Origin: Felis catus
Lineage: Eukaryota
NCBI RefSeq assembly: GCF_018350175.1
Contig: NC_058368.1
Location: 97,094,001-97,158,000, forward strand
Length of the DNA: 64,000 bases
Direction of reading: 5' to 3'
Numbering within the stretch: the first letter of the stretch is position 1; each line of letters starts with the position of its first letter. This document shows positions 62,199 through 64,000 of this stretch, piece after piece. A program made the position numbers and the translations under genes. The notes under the pieces were generated by a model. That model saw only the letters and a list, made by a program, of their open reading frames with translations. It was not told the origin of the DNA and did no database searches.

Positions 62199-63460
62199 AA
62201 AGATCTAAGTCAACAAATATAATATTTCAAAGTTAGAAAAACTTGCAATCATAAAGAAGTAAACTCTTAAAATGATATGAGAATACATAATTCCAATAAA
62301 AATCCAGGCTTTTTCCAAACCCTATGAGCTGGATCTAAAATTGACCCTAAAAAACAAAGATCAAAGTAGCCAAGATATTCCAGAAGAAGAATAATATAAA
62401 GGGATGCCCCACCAGATACCAATATGTATTGCCAAGGGGAAGATATGATCTTGAAACCAGAAGGATTTCTTTCAAAAGGCACACACACACACATGCACAT
62501 GCACACGCACGTGCGCAGAAGTCATAAAAAAAATTAATGGATTTGACTAAATTAAAATTAAGAACTTCAGGCAGAAAGACACCATAAAGAAAAAAAAGAC
62601 ACAAGCTATAAACTGAAAGAAAACTGTAACACACAGGACTGACCAAGGATCCATATTTAGAATAAATAAAGAACTCCAAAATTAACTAGAAAGACACAAA
62701 AAGTGGGAAAATGGGGGGAAAGACAGGAGCAGTCGCTTTGAAGAAGAGGAAACACAAACATCTGATAAGATGTTCAACCTGAACCTCATTAAACACAAAT
62801 TAGAACCATAAAGAAAATACTATTTTAAGCCTGTGGGACAGGCAAAGATTAAAAAGCCTAAACATGTCAAAAGTTAGCAAACATTTAAAGCAACAGAAAT
62901 TTATACACACTGCTGGTGGAAGTGTAAATTTGTACAATTGCTTTGAGAAACAATTTGGCATTACTGCACACATGTGTATTGTATATGCGTATATCCTACA
63001 ATCCTAAGTTTCTACATACAGTCCTCTCCTAGCTAGCTATGGCAAGTGACCTATACAGTAACTCTTAGTAACATCTTTTGTAATAGAGAAATAAAGAGAG
63101 CCAGTTCCCCTATTTCTACCAGTAGATAGGAAGACCAACTGTAGAAATTTTAATCAATAAAATGCTATAGAAGTAGTATTAGCAATAGGAAATAATTAAA
63201 GACAGGTATCCCCATCAACATAGACAAATCTCCAAAACCTACAAAACTCATCAAAACTATAGCCAAGAAGACTACATATGGCATAATTTCTTGTACATAA
63301 AATGCAAAACCTGCAACACTGAACAACAAAGTTTTACATATTCAAACAAAGCAAAAAGAATAACAGACACAAAATTAAGCATATCAGCTTCCTCTGAAAG
63401 GTCAGGAAAGGTGGATGGGATACACAAGGGCCTTCAAAAGTATTGAAACCTTCTGTATCA

Positions 63461-63660
63461 TTTTTTTTAATGTTTATTCTTATTTTTGAGAGGCAGGGAG
63501 GGGCAGACAGAGGAGGAGACAGAGGATCCAAAGCAGGCTCCAGGCTCTGGGCGGTCAGCACAGAACCCAATGCGGGGCTCGAACTCACAGACCGTGGGAT
63601 CACGACCTGAGCCGAAATGAGCTGAGTTGGATGCTTCACTGACTGAGCCACCCAGGGGCC
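63461..63660 (-). mobile_element. Can-SINE
   Basis: tttaatgtttatt...gcaggctccaggctctg...gagccacccagggg. Confidence 0.95.
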
Positions 63661-64000
63661 TCCGACAAATTCCATATCTTAAACTGAGCAGGACTCATAT
63701 ATGTGTGTGATGGTGTTACTTTTGATATCCTCCATATATATTGTAGTATCCCTTTGCACCTACTCAGTATTTAATAAAATTATTTATATAGGGTTAACAA
63801 CACTTAGCCACCTAAATGTAGGGACACTGTGATACTGTCATTGGTGTTGCAATGTTGGAATCTGTTAATTCTGTCATATGCAAAAATTATGAATATACAA
63901 AGTCACAGACCTAACATTAGATGTACAGTATCAAAAATGTGTCTCATCATCTGTAATGCTTGGACCATGAGCCAGGAGAGCTTCAGTCAGGAAATAGAAG

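Larger units (their letters stand above)
55890..63790 (+). mobile_element. Long decayed old L1 (L1ME/MC-like), near full span, with many nested insertions
   Basis: Collinear ORF1-like (aattagacacagatgaagagagaatttgcaaactagaagac), ORF2-like (ctctgaccatgatg, agaaatgcaaggttggttt, acgatagcaacaaaaa) and 3'UTR-like (ctgctggtggaagtgtaaatt) motifs. Confidence 0.8.

Noticed and set aside
1..64000. CRISPR array, operon or prokaryote-type system
   Set aside because: Mammalian repeat-rich DNA; the short direct repeats are TSDs or microsatellites, not regularly spaced repeat-spacer units.

Overview
Mammalian non-coding DNA, almost certainly from a felid/feliform carnivore, judged from about 30 tRNA-derived Can-SINEs of the SINEC_Fc type and carnivore-type L1 3' ends. 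It is AT-rich, has no CpG island and contains no host protein-coding exon I can recognise, so it reads as a large intron or intergenic region. About half is interspersed repeat (Can-SINE, L1, L2, MIR, MaLR/ERVL LTRs, hAT MERs) plus microsatellites. The only clear protein homology is a dead L1 ORF1 and ORF2 start at 19.5-21 kb. I found no evidence for a novel multi-gene system. The most interesting signals are: (1) an L1 that jumps from early ORF2 to a 3' UTR, probably the scar of a multi-kb deletion (17.5-21.1 kb); (2) a poly-A-tailed, apparently TSD-flanked non-TE insert inside an old L1, a candidate orphan retrocopy (59.6-60.4 kb); (3) minus-strand splice-signal candidates, the best being a 227-nt exon ending in ATG|GTAAGA that contains a p53-type palindrome (41.4-41.6 kb); and (4) repeated re-use of the same insertion sites by successive retroposons. 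Repeat family names come from remembered consensus motifs, not database searches, and boundaries of old repeats are approximate.
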